DNA of 57,684 bases from Clostridiales bacterium (GCA_017513085.1 JAFWDK010000026.1:1-57684), one strand, 5' to 3'. Positions 29,823-40,420 are shown, numbered from the stretch's first letter. Numbers and translations are program-made. Notes: generated by a model from the sequence alone, not told the origin.

Positions 29823-30758
29823 ATGGTTTATAACAATGTCTTGGAAGCTGTCGGACACACACCCATGATCGCACTGTCGTCGCGTATGGTCGGAGAAGAT
29901 TGTGCCCGCGTGCTGGTGAAATACGAAGGATTGAACGTGGGTGGATCCATTAAGACCCGCACTGCGCTGAATATGATCGAACAGGCTGAGAAGGACGGAA
30001 AGATTACGAAGGACACGATCATCGTGGAACCGACATCCGGAAATCAGGGCATCGGACTGGCGCTGGTCGGTGCCGTCCGGGGGTATAGAACGATCATCAT
30101 CATGCCGGACTCCGTTTCCTGCGAGAGAAGATATCTTGTCGAGCATTACGGCGCGGAAGTGAAATTGATCCATGACGATGGCGATATCGGAAAAGCCATC
30201 GACGAGTGTCTGAAACTTGCCGAGAAAATGGCAGCGGAGGACCCGAATGTTTTTGTTCCGCAACAGTTTACCAATCCGGCCAATCCGATGGTACACCGTC
30301 ATCATACAGGCGTGGAGATCCTTGAACAGGTAGCAGGTCCGATCGACGGTTTCTGCGCGGGAATCGGAACCGGCGGCACACTTTCCGGAATCGGAGAAGT
30401 GCTTAAGGCACAGAATCCGGGGATCACGATCTGGGCAGTAGAGCCGGAGAACGCGGCGATCCTGGCAGGCGGAAATATCGGTTCGCATCTGCAGATGGGT
30501 ATCGGTGACGGATTGATCCCGGAGAACCTGAACACGGAGATCTATGAGGATGTATATGTGGTTTCCGACGAGGAAGCACTCGAGACAGCTAAGGATCTGG
30601 CCAGAAAAGAAGGCCTGATGTGCGGTATTTCATCCGGCTCCAATGTCGCGGCAGCGATCGCTATGGCGAAAAAACTCGGCAAAGGAAAAACCGTCGTGAC
30701 CGTACTTCCCGATACTGCGGAAAGATATTTCTCCACGCCGCTTTTTGATCAGAAGTAA
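29823..30758 (+). CDS. cysK: Cysteine synthase A
   Basis: GGSIKTR PLP lysine, EPTSGNQG, GTGGT, GISSG, PDTAERY. Confidence 0.92.
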   Translation: MVYNNVLEAVGHTPMIALSSRMVGEDCARVLVKYEGLNVGGSIKTRTALNMIEQAEKDGKITKDTIIVEPTSGNQGIGLALVGAVRGYRTIIIMPDSVSCERRYLVEHYGAEVKLIHDDGDIGKAIDECLKLAEKMAAEDPNVFVPQQFTNPANPMVHRHHTGVEILEQVAGPIDGFCAGIGTGGTLSGIGEVLKAQNPGITIWAVEPENAAILAGGNIGSHLQMGIGDGLIPENLNTEIYEDVYVVSDEEALETAKDLARKEGLMCGISSGSNVAAAIAMAKKLGKGKTVVTVLPDTAERYFSTPLFDQK

Positions 30759-30895
30759 ACGATCTTTCTTCGATGGAGCACGACCGGAAAGACCGAAGTT
30801 TTCGGATTGTTCATCATTTATGCAAAGAATATTGATGTAATACACGTCCCGCTTCTCCTATACTGAAAATGTATACAGGGGAAGGGGGCGTTTTT

Positions 30896-32347
30896 ATGAA
30901 GAGTTCGATCAAACAGAAACTGTGCTTGCTGATGGCTTTTGCCATGGTGTTTTCCCTGATGGGATGTTCCGAATCCGATTCGGCGGAGACAAGAACTTCG
31001 CGTGAGCGTGTGGAGAAAACCGAGACCGAAGAGGAAGAAACGGAAGAGACGACGAAGAAGACCCGTTCCACAACGAAGAAAGAGACAGAAGAACCGGAGG
31101 AGACTTCGGAGAAAACAGAAGAAACCACTGTCCCTACGACATCGAAGACGCTGGAAACCGAGGAGACGACTATGGAAAACACTACGGAGGAGACAACTGC
31201 GGCGCCGACAGCGACACCGAAGCCTACCGCCACTCCAAAACCAACGGCGACACCCAAGCCCACAGCAACGCCGAAACCCACGGCGACGCCTAAGCCGACC
31301 AATACGCCTACCCCGAAACCGACACCGACGAATACCCCGACGCCGAAGCCGAAGAACATGACCCAGAAAGAGGTCGAGGAACAGGTTTCCGAACTTCTGC
31401 GGAATATCTCGAACAACCACTACGGGTCGGTGAACGAAAAAGCCGGCTGCGAAGTCATGAAGAGCTTCGGCTACTACGCGTCGGTCTACAAAGCGGCCTA
31501 CGATTTCTGTTCCTATGAAGTCGAGATCAACAAAGCCGGTGTATCAAGCAGCGACATTACGATCCATTTCCACTATCACCAGCCGGGCGAAGCGATGGAT
31601 AAACTCGTCCAGGATACCGATAAGATGGTACAGATCATGGCGGATAAAGTGGAAGCAACCATAAACGGCACCGAGTCGAAAAATCCGGATGCGACGCTCA
31701 TTGCCAAGTATCTGGCGGAGTATATGCCGTCCGCTTCCGTAGGAAACATCGACATCAAAACGACCATCAAAAAGTCGAAGGGCAAGTATACTTTTGACGG
31801 CAATATCGGACAGATGATCCTCGGATTTGAACCGAACTACCACTGGAAAACCGGTATTCCGAAAGAGATCGCGCTGGCTACGGCCGAGTATCTTCTGAAT
31901 GTAGGAAGACTTAACCACATGGAAGAGTATAACTGGTTCTGCAAGAATTACACAGGCACCTTCTATGAGATCACGGTCAAATACGAAGCTGCCGGAAAAG
32001 GCTGCAGGATCGTTCCGGTCACCAAAGCGTTCAGCGATTACCGTGAGATCCCCGGAATCGATCCGGAATCGAATTACACAGACTTCAGGCTTTACTTCGC
32101 GGAACCGTTAACAGAAGATTTTTCGATGGGCTATACCGTCATTCTTGATGGCAACCGGGGAAAGATGATGCACGAGGAGAGGACCAGTGTAAAGAAACAG
32201 GAGAAACTCCGTTTCGGCTTCGGATGGAAAAAGACTGACGGAGAATGGGTCGCGATGAAGCGCGGCAATTACGTGATCGAAGTCTATGCGCCGAACGATG
32301 ACAATACACTTCTTGCCACGATCACCTACACCTTGCCGAAGACTTGA
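30896..32347 (+). CDS. Lipoprotein with Glu/Thr-rich and (ATPKPT)n stalk, unknown C-terminal domain
   Basis: Lipobox SLMGC; low-complexity linker about 31000-31350. Confidence 0.75.
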   Translation: MKSSIKQKLCLLMAFAMVFSLMGCSESDSAETRTSRERVEKTETEEEETEETTKKTRSTTKKETEEPEETSEKTEETTVPTTSKTLETEETTMENTTEETTAAPTATPKPTATPKPTATPKPTATPKPTATPKPTNTPTPKPTPTNTPTPKPKNMTQKEVEEQVSELLRNISNNHYGSVNEKAGCEVMKSFGYYASVYKAAYDFCSYEVEINKAGVSSSDITIHFHYHQPGEAMDKLVQDTDKMVQIMADKVEATINGTESKNPDATLIAKYLAEYMPSASVGNIDIKTTIKKSKGKYTFDGNIGQMILGFEPNYHWKTGIPKEIALATAEYLLNVGRLNHMEEYNWFCKNYTGTFYEITVKYEAAGKGCRIVPVTKAFSDYREIPGIDPESNYTDFRLYFAEPLTEDFSMGYTVILDGNRGKMMHEERTSVKKQEKLRFGFGWKKTDGEWVAMKRGNYVIEVYAPNDDNTLLATITYTLPKT

Positions 32348-32355
32348 GGAGGAAA

Positions 32356-32979
32356 TCAGCCTAAGAAAGAAAGTATCTCCCGATACACCCTGGCAACAGG
32401 TAATCCCACCACGGCGTAGTAATCGCCGGAAATAGAATCAATGAGAAGAGAGCCGGTGTCCTGGATCCCGTAGGCGCCGGCTTTATCCATGGGCGAACCG
32501 GAGGCGATATATGATTCGATCAACTCCTGCTGCGCATCATCCAGACGATGAAATCTTACGTCGGCAAAAGAACTGAAGTTGCGGCTTTCTTTTTTGCTTT
32601 GAATGGAGACGCCGGTATAGACGCGGTGAGTCTTGCCGGAAAGGAGGGTGAGCATACGGCGCGCATCGTCTTCGTCTTTCGGCTTGCCCAGGATCTCACT
32701 TTCTGTGACCACGACAGTATCGGAACCGATGACAACGGTGTCGTCATCCGTAACGTTGGAAAGTGCGGCCGCCGCTTTTGCCGAAGCCTGGGCACAGGCG
32801 ACTCTTTCCGCAACCGGATACATATCGGTGCGGACATCTTCAGTGGCAAATGACTGCATGACGGAAGCGAAGACCGCGTCTTCATCCACATGGGCATCAC
32901 GGACTTCAAAAGAAAGCCCCGTCATTGAGAGCAGTTCAAAACGACGGGGGGACTTACTTGCAAGAATTATGCGGGACAT
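32356..32979 (-). CDS. maf: Maf family nucleoside triphosphate pyrophosphatase
   Basis: ILASKSPRR, GSDTVV, ILGKP, DKAGAYGIQ, VVGLP. Confidence 0.93.
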   Translation of the reverse strand: MSRIILASKSPRRFELLSMTGLSFEVRDAHVDEDAVFASVMQSFATEDVRTDMYPVAERVACAQASAKAAAALSNVTDDDTVVIGSDTVVVTESEILGKPKDEDDARRMLTLLSGKTHRVYTGVSIQSKKESRNFSSFADVRFHRLDDAQQELIESYIASGSPMDKAGAYGIQDTGSLLIDSISGDYYAVVGLPVARVYREILSFLG

Positions 32980-32987
32980 AGATGACC

Positions 32988-33845
32988 TCACTTTACGGGT
33001 TTCAGGTTCTTCATGGAAAAATCCAGGATCGGCGCAGAATGCGTCAGTGCACCGCAGGAGATGTAGTCTACACCGATCTCGGCGAGCTTTCTGAGACGAT
33101 CCTTGTTCATGTTGCCGGAAGCCTCGAGTTCCGCTTTGCCCTTGGCCATAGCAACGGCCTGCGCGGTCATCTCGTCGGTCATGTTATCGAGCATGATGAT
33201 ATCTGCTTTGGCGTCGAGCGCTTCCTGAAGCATCTCCAGATTTTCCACTTCGACCTCGATCTTTCTTACGAAAGGCGCATAGGCCTTGGCCATCTCGACT
33301 GCTTTCTTGATGGAGCCGGCTGCTCCGATGTGATTGTCCTTGATGAGAACGCCATCGGAAAGATTGTAACGATGGTTCGTGCCGCCGCCGATCCGGACTG
33401 CATACTTTTCGAACGGACGCATATTCGGAGTGGTCTTTCTGGTATCGAGAAGTTTCGTATCGAAACCTTCCAGTTCTTTTGTCATGGAACGGGTGAGGGT
33501 AGCGATGCCGCTCATGCGTTGCAGGAAGTTGAGTGCAGTTCTCTCGCCACTCAGAACAGCGCGGCCGTCACCGGTCAGAACGCCGATCAGGTCGCCCTTG
33601 TGGATCTCATCGCCATCTTTGAAATTGGCTTTGAAAGAAGAGTTGTCACAGAGCATCTCAAATACGCGCGTGTACACATCCAGTCCGCAGAGGACACCGT
33701 CCTGCTTGCAGATCAGGTCTACTGTGACCAGGAATGGTTCCGGCATGATGGCCTGAGTGGTCACATCGTCGGAAGTAATGTCTTCGCGCAGAGCGCGCAT
33801 GATATAGTCGTCCCAAAGGATCGTATTAAGTACACCATTGTTCAT
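32988..33845 (-). CDS. nadC: Nicotinate-nucleotide pyrophosphorylase (carboxylating)
   Basis: DTRKT, NHR..LSD..LIKDNH, IMLDN; start ATG 33845 overlapping the nadB end. Confidence 0.95.
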   Translation of the reverse strand: MNNGVLNTILWDDYIMRALREDITSDDVTTQAIMPEPFLVTVDLICKQDGVLCGLDVYTRVFEMLCDNSSFKANFKDGDEIHKGDLIGVLTGDGRAVLSGERTALNFLQRMSGIATLTRSMTKELEGFDTKLLDTRKTTPNMRPFEKYAVRIGGGTNHRYNLSDGVLIKDNHIGAAGSIKKAVEMAKAYAPFVRKIEVEVENLEMLQEALDAKADIIMLDNMTDEMTAQAVAMAKGKAELEASGNMNKDRLRKLAEIGVDYISCGALTHSAPILDFSMKNLKPVK

Positions 33846-35133
33846 AGAAATCTTTGTCCCTTCTCTTGATCTCGGCAAGAACGATCTCGCGGTATTCTTT
33901 TGCAAAATCTCTGCCCTCGTATTGTGTGAAATCCACATCCTCGACTTCGGTTGGTTCATACGGGATGGTTTCCTCGATATTCTGAGCAGAACGCTTCGAG
34001 AAGACCAGGCTTTCCAGGAGAGAGTTACTGCCGAGACGGTTCTTGCCGTGCACACCGGTGCAGGAAGTCTCGCCGATCGCGTAAAGATTGTCCATGGATG
34101 TCCGCCCCTTCAGATCGACCTCGATACCGCCCATGAAATAGTGCTGCGCCGGAGTCACCGGGAAAGGTTCTTTCAGGATATCGTAGCCTTCTTCTTTACA
34201 GTGCTCGAGAATATTCGGGAAATGGCTCTTGATGAGTTCCGGATCCAGATGAGTGACCGAAAGCCATACGAATCCGCGGCCGTCGATCTCCATCTGCTTT
34301 TTGATCGCAGCCGAAACGACGTCACGTGGCTGAAGTTCATCGGTGAATCTCTCCATGTTCTTGTTGAGAAGAATGCCGCCCTCGCCACGTACAGCTTCGG
34401 AGATAAGGAAACTTCTGCCCGGCTTTTCGGAATAAAGAGAAGTCGGGTGGATCTGGATATAGTTGATGTCCTTGAGGAGAACATTGTGCTTGAGAGCGAT
34501 AGCCAGCGCATCGCCGGTGATGTGACGGAAAGCGGTGGAGTGTTTGAACAATCCGCCGATGCCGCCGGTTGCAAGTACAACCGCCTTGCCGAAGACAGCT
34601 TTGAAATTACCGTCTGCATCTTGGGTGATGATACCCTTGCAGACATTTTTCTCACAGATGAGATCGACCATGGTGGTGTGTTCGTGCAGATCGATGTTTT
34701 TCTTTTCACGGACGATACGGAGAAGCTTGCTGGTGATCTCCTGTCCGGTGATGTCCTCGTGATGGAGGATACGGGATGCAGAATGACCGCCTTCCTTGGT
34801 CAGGTCGAGATCCTCGCCCTTCTTATCAAAGTCAACATGATAATCCAGAAGCTCCCGGATGATCATCGGAGACTGACGGATCATGGTGTCTACCGCTTTC
34901 CGGGAATTCTCGTAGTGACCGGCGCGGAGCGTGTCTTCGAAATAGTCTTCATAGTCCTGTGAATCGCGCAAAGCGGCGATGCCGCCCTGGGCCAGGTAGG
35001 ACGCACTGTTTTCCAGTGTGTCTTTCGTGATCATGTAGATCGAAAGGTTCTCCGGCAGATGCAGTGCGCAGAAAAGTCCTGCTGCGCCGGTACCGACGAT
35101 GACCACGTCGGCGGAAGTCGTGGAATTAGACAT
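33826..35133 (-). CDS. nadB: L-aspartate oxidase
   Basis: GTGAAG, AQGGI, EGGHS, QIHPT, SEAVRGEG, HYFMGG, HGKNRL.SNSLLE; upstream of nadC. Confidence 0.93.
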   Translation of the reverse strand: MSNSTTSADVVIVGTGAAGLFCALHLPENLSIYMITKDTLENSASYLAQGGIAALRDSQDYEDYFEDTLRAGHYENSRKAVDTMIRQSPMIIRELLDYHVDFDKKGEDLDLTKEGGHSASRILHHEDITGQEITSKLLRIVREKKNIDLHEHTTMVDLICEKNVCKGIITQDADGNFKAVFGKAVVLATGGIGGLFKHSTAFRHITGDALAIALKHNVLLKDINYIQIHPTSLYSEKPGRSFLISEAVRGEGGILLNKNMERFTDELQPRDVVSAAIKKQMEIDGRGFVWLSVTHLDPELIKSHFPNILEHCKEEGYDILKEPFPVTPAQHYFMGGIEVDLKGRTSMDNLYAIGETSCTGVHGKNRLGSNSLLESLVFSKRSAQNIEETIPYEPTEVEDVDFTQYEGRDFAKEYREIVLAEIKRRDKDFYEQWCT

Positions 35134-35328
35134 GTTTTGCCTCCCCTAATTATAGGAACATATATTAGCATGAATTTTATCACGCGCCACGATACGTGAC
35201 AAGGTAAGTTCCCCCATTGTCTTTTTTCTTGATTAGGCGTTATAATACCATATATTATTTTTCCTTTCCCTTATGTGTCATGATCTCCAATGAAGGGGAT
35301 AGGAGGGGAAGTTAGATGGAGGAAATGG

Positions 35329-36264
35329 ATGAATCCAATCAAGATCATCCCTATGGCGAAAGAGTGCCTGTGGGGTGGAGATCGTCTGAAGGCGGATTAT
35401 AACATAGAAACCGATCTGGATCGGGTCGCGGAGGCGTGGATGCTTTCACCCACCGTGGAAACTTCGATCATCGGTTCGGGAGAAAATAAAGGACAACCGA
35501 TCACAGCGCTTTTGGATGAGGGCGAGGATATCAATAAGGCTTTCCCGCTCATGGTGAAGTTTATTGATGCGGCCAAGCCGTTATCGGTACAGGTGCATCC
35601 CAGTGATGAATTTGCTATGGCCAATTACGGCACATGCGGCAAGACAGAATGCTGGTATGTTCTGGATGCCGAGCCGGGTGCATATCTATATTACGGATTC
35701 TCCAGACCGGTCAATCGTGAAGAAGTCCGGGAACGGATCGAGAATGGTACTTTGATCTCCGTGCTTAACAAGATCGAAGTCAAGAAGAACGATATATTCC
35801 TGATCAAGAGCGGCACGCTGCACGCTATCGGACCGGGTATCCTGGTTGCCGAGATCCAGCAGAATTCTCCCTGGACATTCCGCGTATTCGATTACCAGCG
35901 TGTGGACAAAGACGGCAAGCAGAGAGAACTTCATATTGAAAAAGCACTGGCTTGTATGAATCTTGCCTGTTTCCAGGCGCAGTCCCGTCCCGAGCCGGTC
36001 AAGGCGGGTGACGGATATCAGATCTTTACGATGGTGAAATGCCCGTATTTTGATGCATATATCTATCGGATCACCAAGGGCGTCAAGATCAGCGGTACGA
36101 CCGGAAAGTGGAGAGGAATACTGGTTACGGATGGAGAAATGACCATCCGTAACGAAAAAGAGGAAGAAACGATCCGGGCAATTAAAGGCGAGTTCTACCT
36201 GGTCCCGAGAAACGAAGACAAGTACGAGATCAAGGGGGAGGCCGAGTTTATCCTGGTCGACTGA
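35329..36264 (+). CDS. manA: Mannose-6-phosphate isomerase, class I
   Basis: WGG, LSVQVHP, GKTECWY, GTLHA, EIQQNS, RELH. Confidence 0.88.
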   Translation: MNPIKIIPMAKECLWGGDRLKADYNIETDLDRVAEAWMLSPTVETSIIGSGENKGQPITALLDEGEDINKAFPLMVKFIDAAKPLSVQVHPSDEFAMANYGTCGKTECWYVLDAEPGAYLYYGFSRPVNREEVRERIENGTLISVLNKIEVKKNDIFLIKSGTLHAIGPGILVAEIQQNSPWTFRVFDYQRVDKDGKQRELHIEKALACMNLACFQAQSRPEPVKAGDGYQIFTMVKCPYFDAYIYRITKGVKISGTTGKWRGILVTDGEMTIRNEKEEETIRAIKGEFYLVPRNEDKYEIKGEAEFILVD

Positions 36265-36318
36265 TCAGTCGGATCGAGCGGATCGAGAATAGAAAAGAAA
36301 GGAAAGGAGGCCGCGAGT

Positions 36319-37473
36319 ATGAAGCGGGATATAATCGGCGATATTTTCTTAGGCGGCGTTTTGCTTTCCCTTCTTTTTTTGTTTTCTTTCCCGGTCTACT
36401 TTTCCTATGCCGGCGTGCATGCGCGCCCTGTTGAATTGACCGAACGCCTGATGAGCGTCTGCTTCATTATGGCCTGGATCCTGACGATCATCTGGGCCTG
36501 CTGGAAAAAGAAAGTATGGGTGATCGCTGGTGCTGCGGTATTTGGGATCCTGGCTTTCGTTCCCAAGTGGTGTCTGCCGATGGTGGATGAACATATCGCC
36601 AAAGAAGGTTCGGATTTCTTATGGTCCACTATGTCATCGATCCTCAACCGTATCTATGAGCTGGTACATGCTCCTTTTGCAGGATCCGTATGGCTTCTGG
36701 GCGAGAAAACGGCAATGAATATGCCTGAGAAACTTTTGCCGGTGTGTGTGATCGCATATGTGGCCACCAATATATTCCGATACTACAAGAATGCTTTTGT
36801 TACGGAAAGAAAGCAGATGAAAGATTTTGCGCATTTCCGTAAAAGCACTGAGGCGAGGAAAGCTGCGCAGTCTGCTTCGGCCGGAAGTGTTCGTGAAGCG
36901 CCCATGCCTTTGGGAACTGTTGTGATGAATGAGAACGCGCAAGTCGAGAAAGCGGTCTATACAGGTCGAGAGAATACGCTTGTGGACGGTGCGACGATGG
37001 AAGCTACGGCCATAGCCGGCAGCGAGGATGCGACCAAGCGTCTGGCAGATGCCGGAAATGAGGAGGCGACGCGCCGTATCCCTGAAAATACGGACGAAGA
37101 CGCGACCCGTCGCATTCCGGATAATGCCGAGGGAGAGCCGACCCGCCGGATCGAAACCGAAACTCCTGCTGAAGAAACAAAGGTCATTGAACTTGCGGCC
37201 CACGCGCCGTCTTCACGAAAACCGGAAGAAGCGGCAGAGGAAACTCCGGCCGCCGAAGAGAATGCTGATACGGAAAAGACACAGGTGATCCAACTGGCGG
37301 CGCACGCTCCGACATCCCATGTGGATGGAGTAGAGGAGAACGCCGAGGCGGATAGTGGCTACGATAAAGAAGAAACCGGTGAAGAACCGAAGACGGGCGG
37401 AGAACTGGATTTTCCGGATGTAAGAGGGGAAGCCGAGGTCATTGATGTATTCGGAGATAATGATCTGGACTGA
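36319..37473 (+). CDS. Hypothetical membrane protein with acidic repeat-containing tail
   Basis: About 4 TM N-terminal region; C-terminal ATRRIP and T.VI.LAAHAP repeats; SD aaggagg. Confidence 0.7.
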   Translation: MKRDIIGDIFLGGVLLSLLFLFSFPVYFSYAGVHARPVELTERLMSVCFIMAWILTIIWACWKKKVWVIAGAAVFGILAFVPKWCLPMVDEHIAKEGSDFLWSTMSSILNRIYELVHAPFAGSVWLLGEKTAMNMPEKLLPVCVIAYVATNIFRYYKNAFVTERKQMKDFAHFRKSTEARKAAQSASAGSVREAPMPLGTVVMNENAQVEKAVYTGRENTLVDGATMEATAIAGSEDATKRLADAGNEEATRRIPENTDEDATRRIPDNAEGEPTRRIETETPAEETKVIELAAHAPSSRKPEEAAEETPAAEENADTEKTQVIQLAAHAPTSHVDGVEENAEADSGYDKEETGEEPKTGGELDFPDVRGEAEVIDVFGDNDLD

Positions 37474-37541
37474 TCCGGATGAACAGGAAGAATAATAAGT
37501 TAGAGTGAGATAGAACAAACCGAAAGAAAAGGGGAGCATGT

Positions 37542-38336
37542 ATGTCAACCAATAAAGCATTTTGGCGAACATGGCTGGAAGGAAAAAACACTAAAAAAGT
37601 AAACAGTAACGGAGAGGTGATCGATCCTTTGGAAGAAGGCCTGTCCGAACTGGCTAAGGCTGATGGCGATCAGTCTTCCAGAAAAGTGAAGACACAGGAA
37701 AGCTTCGGTGAAGAGATCGGTAATGCGACGAGCCATGGCGTAATGGCTGTGTTTATGCTCGGTATTTTGCCGTATGCCGCGATCCATTCTTATCTGAACA
37801 CCACCAATGGCCGTCCGGTATTGAACGCTGTGGCTATTTCCATCTTCTGCATCGGCGTATTTCTGATGTTCCTGATGTCTACCATTGACCATACCATGAA
37901 GCACGGCACCAAGCAAAAAGAAGTTTTTAACCGTATTGACCACATCATGATCTTCTATGCGATCGCCGGTACCTATACACCGGTCTGCCTGACACTGATC
38001 GGTGGAAAATGGGGGCTGGGTCTTTGCATTGCCCAGTGGGTGCTGGTTATCCTTGGCACGATATTGAAAGTGATCGCTTTTTCCAAATCCCTGCTTTCTT
38101 ATATATTTTCCGCACTGCTCTATCTTTTGATGGGCTGGATGGTCGTACTTTGTTTCCCGATCCTCTATGCACAGGCCTCTCATGTCGCTTTCTGGCTGAT
38201 CCTGGCAGGCGGTGTTTGCTACACCACGAGCGTAGTGCTTTTCTTTATGCGTTTTAAGTTTGCGCACATGATCTTCCACCTGTTGGTCGACTTCGGTGCG
38301 ATCTGCCACGTGATCGCTCTCTGCTTTTTCTCCTGA
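37542..38336 (+). CDS. Hemolysin III / PAQR family membrane protein
   Basis: EEIGNATSH, DH..I...IAGTYTP, GG..YT, H.IFHL.V...H motifs. Confidence 0.9.
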   Translation: MSTNKAFWRTWLEGKNTKKVNSNGEVIDPLEEGLSELAKADGDQSSRKVKTQESFGEEIGNATSHGVMAVFMLGILPYAAIHSYLNTTNGRPVLNAVAISIFCIGVFLMFLMSTIDHTMKHGTKQKEVFNRIDHIMIFYAIAGTYTPVCLTLIGGKWGLGLCIAQWVLVILGTILKVIAFSKSLLSYIFSALLYLLMGWMVVLCFPILYAQASHVAFWLILAGGVCYTTSVVLFFMRFKFAHMIFHLLVDFGAICHVIALCFFS

Positions 38337-38465
38337 AAGTGACAAAATAGCCACTTATTGACAGGAGAAATCATATATTCTGATAGTAGGAACGGTCAAT
38401 CGTATCGTTAAGGTTGGAAAACATACATGATCGTTGCTGCTAACTGATAAGAGAGAATAAGGAAA

Positions 38466-38521
38466 AAGAAACGTTTCATCCCGATTCGCGCTGTCTTCGT
38501 GGTCGGGATGAAACTTTTCTT
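38466..38521 (+). terminator. Intrinsic terminator
   Basis: gtttcatcccga ... tcgggatgaaac followed by ttttctt. Confidence 0.7.
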
Positions 38522-38593
38522 GCAATATCAAGGTTTGCGAATTATAATGAGGCGTGCTGATATTATTAAGAAAAGAAAAGGAAGGGCCTGAAC

Positions 38594-40168
38594 ATGTCTA
38601 AGCAGACGGAAAAGCCGGTCAAGAAAAAAACGAAAAAACATATGAAGACATCGACAAAGAATAGAGCGATCGTAATTACAGTAGTCGTTATTCTTATTTT
38701 GTCGGTATTCGCAGCATTTGCGCACATGTCCGGACTTCCGGCGAAGGTGCTTACGGGCGCCAAGATCGTACAGACTATCGATGGTAAGGAGAAAACTCTG
38801 GATCGTGTAACGATCGTTGAGATGAGATATTTTTATACCAAGGCACTGAGCCAGATCGCTTCTGTCATCGGTGGCGCGGATGGCCTCAAAGAGGTATATA
38901 ACACCGAAACAGGTGCAACTTATGAAGACCTGGTTTGGGAGAATGCAGCAAATCTGGCCCAGACACAATATATGCTTTACGAGCAGGCTGAGAAAGACGG
39001 CTTTAAGGCACAGGGCGCTGACCAGTATGCGGATGCACAGGTCGAGAACCTCCGCAGCAATGTAGAATATTACAATCTCCTTCGTAATTCGAGAATGACG
39101 GCAGACCAGTATCTGCAGAGCAATTATGGTACAGGCATGACGGTTCATATCTTCCGTGACATCGTTCGTCGTGAGGCTGTAGTCACCGAGTATCAGACAT
39201 ATTTGCAGCAGACACGTTTTGCTGCGGACGATGCTGCGGTACAGGCCAAGTTTGATGAAGACCCGACCAAGTATCAGCTCTGCCAGTATCAGGCATACTT
39301 CGTTCCGGCTAAGTTTGAGGCGGAAGCTACTGAAGAAGAAAAGAAGAAGGCTCTTGATGAGGCACTGGCTGCAGCGCATGAACTTTGCGACGGTTGTAAG
39401 AATGATGTAGAGTTCCGTACACGTGTTGCACAGGTCTGCGATGACGATTACCGCGAGCGTATGTCCAAGGGTGAAGATCCGACGACAATGAAGAACATTA
39501 CCAAAGAAGCCGCTAAGAATAATATGTCCGAAGAATTTGCAAATATGTGCTTCAATCCGGAGACCAAGGAATATACATCCATGGCATTCATTGACTCGGA
39601 AAAGACAGGTGCTTATGCAACACTTTTCGAGAAGACCTATCTTGATGAAGAAAAGACCAGCACATACCGTTATGTGAAACTGACAGACGATGTACTGTCC
39701 AACATTTCCAATTCCCTTGAGGATAAGGCACCTTCTCATGCGAAGTTCCATGCTCAGGCAGAGCAGCTGATGGCTCAGGTTACTTCCGAGGATTCTTTCA
39801 TCGATATCGTAAAGCAGAACAGCATGGATAGCGAGACGATCCTTTCCGGCGGTTACAAGACAGGCGTGAAGGAGTCCGGTTTCAATAAGATCTCTCCTGC
39901 TGAGGGCGAAGAACCGAGACTTCCGGAAGAGGACCAGAAATTGCTTGACTGGCTCCAGGATCCTTCCAGAAAGAAAGGCGATATGTACATCATCGATTGC
40001 GTCGATTCCGTTCAGCTCTATTACTTCGTAGGCTGTGAGGAAGCTTGGAAGTCCAATCTCCGTAATGACCTTACCGCTGATAACTATAAAACATGGTATG
40101 ACTCAGCGGTTTCCGATACAACGTATTCCACGATCGTAAACCACGGCTTGATCGATTTCTTCTCCTGA
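38594..40168 (+). CDS. Membrane-anchored exported protein, possibly SurA/PrsA-like foldase
   Basis: Basic N-terminus + one TM; helical region and degenerate parvulin-like segments (F...V...S.D......GG; W..D..RK.GD). Confidence 0.55.
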   Translation: MSKQTEKPVKKKTKKHMKTSTKNRAIVITVVVILILSVFAAFAHMSGLPAKVLTGAKIVQTIDGKEKTLDRVTIVEMRYFYTKALSQIASVIGGADGLKEVYNTETGATYEDLVWENAANLAQTQYMLYEQAEKDGFKAQGADQYADAQVENLRSNVEYYNLLRNSRMTADQYLQSNYGTGMTVHIFRDIVRREAVVTEYQTYLQQTRFAADDAAVQAKFDEDPTKYQLCQYQAYFVPAKFEAEATEEEKKKALDEALAAAHELCDGCKNDVEFRTRVAQVCDDDYRERMSKGEDPTTMKNITKEAAKNNMSEEFANMCFNPETKEYTSMAFIDSEKTGAYATLFEKTYLDEEKTSTYRYVKLTDDVLSNISNSLEDKAPSHAKFHAQAEQLMAQVTSEDSFIDIVKQNSMDSETILSGGYKTGVKESGFNKISPAEGEEPRLPEEDQKLLDWLQDPSRKKGDMYIIDCVDSVQLYYFVGCEEAWKSNLRNDLTADNYKTWYDSAVSDTTYSTIVNHGLIDFFS

Positions 40169-40239
40169 TTCAGGAGAAGAGCCCGCCGGCCGGTTGACCG
40201 GATGGAAAAAGAAAAAATTCGGAAAAATAAAATATTTCG

Positions 40240-40268
40240 TTGACACTTGAAATAACTCGTGCTATCAT
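40240..40268 (+). promoter_or_regulatory. SigA promoter of rpoBC
   Basis: TTGACA-17-TATCAT with TG extension. Confidence 0.8.
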
Positions 40269-40420
40269 TTTATATTGCGTTACAATGGGTAGGGCAACTT
40301 TACCCATTTTTACGCCAGAAGAATTCCCCCAAGGATGACTTCTGTGAAGGTATAGGAAGGTGCGCGAGTTTTTCGCGTACACGTAAACCGAAAGTTTACG
40401 ATGTCGTGAGGTGATGTGTA

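Noticed and set aside
30814-31420. Antisense and alternate-frame ORFs rich in GV or R repeats (also 25615..26271)
   Set aside because: Shadows of Pro/Thr/Glu low-complexity linkers on the coding strand
38358-38521. Possible small RNA between TTGACA (38358) and the terminator
   Set aside because: No convincing -10 at proper spacing; the terminator is explained by the upstream hemolysin III gene
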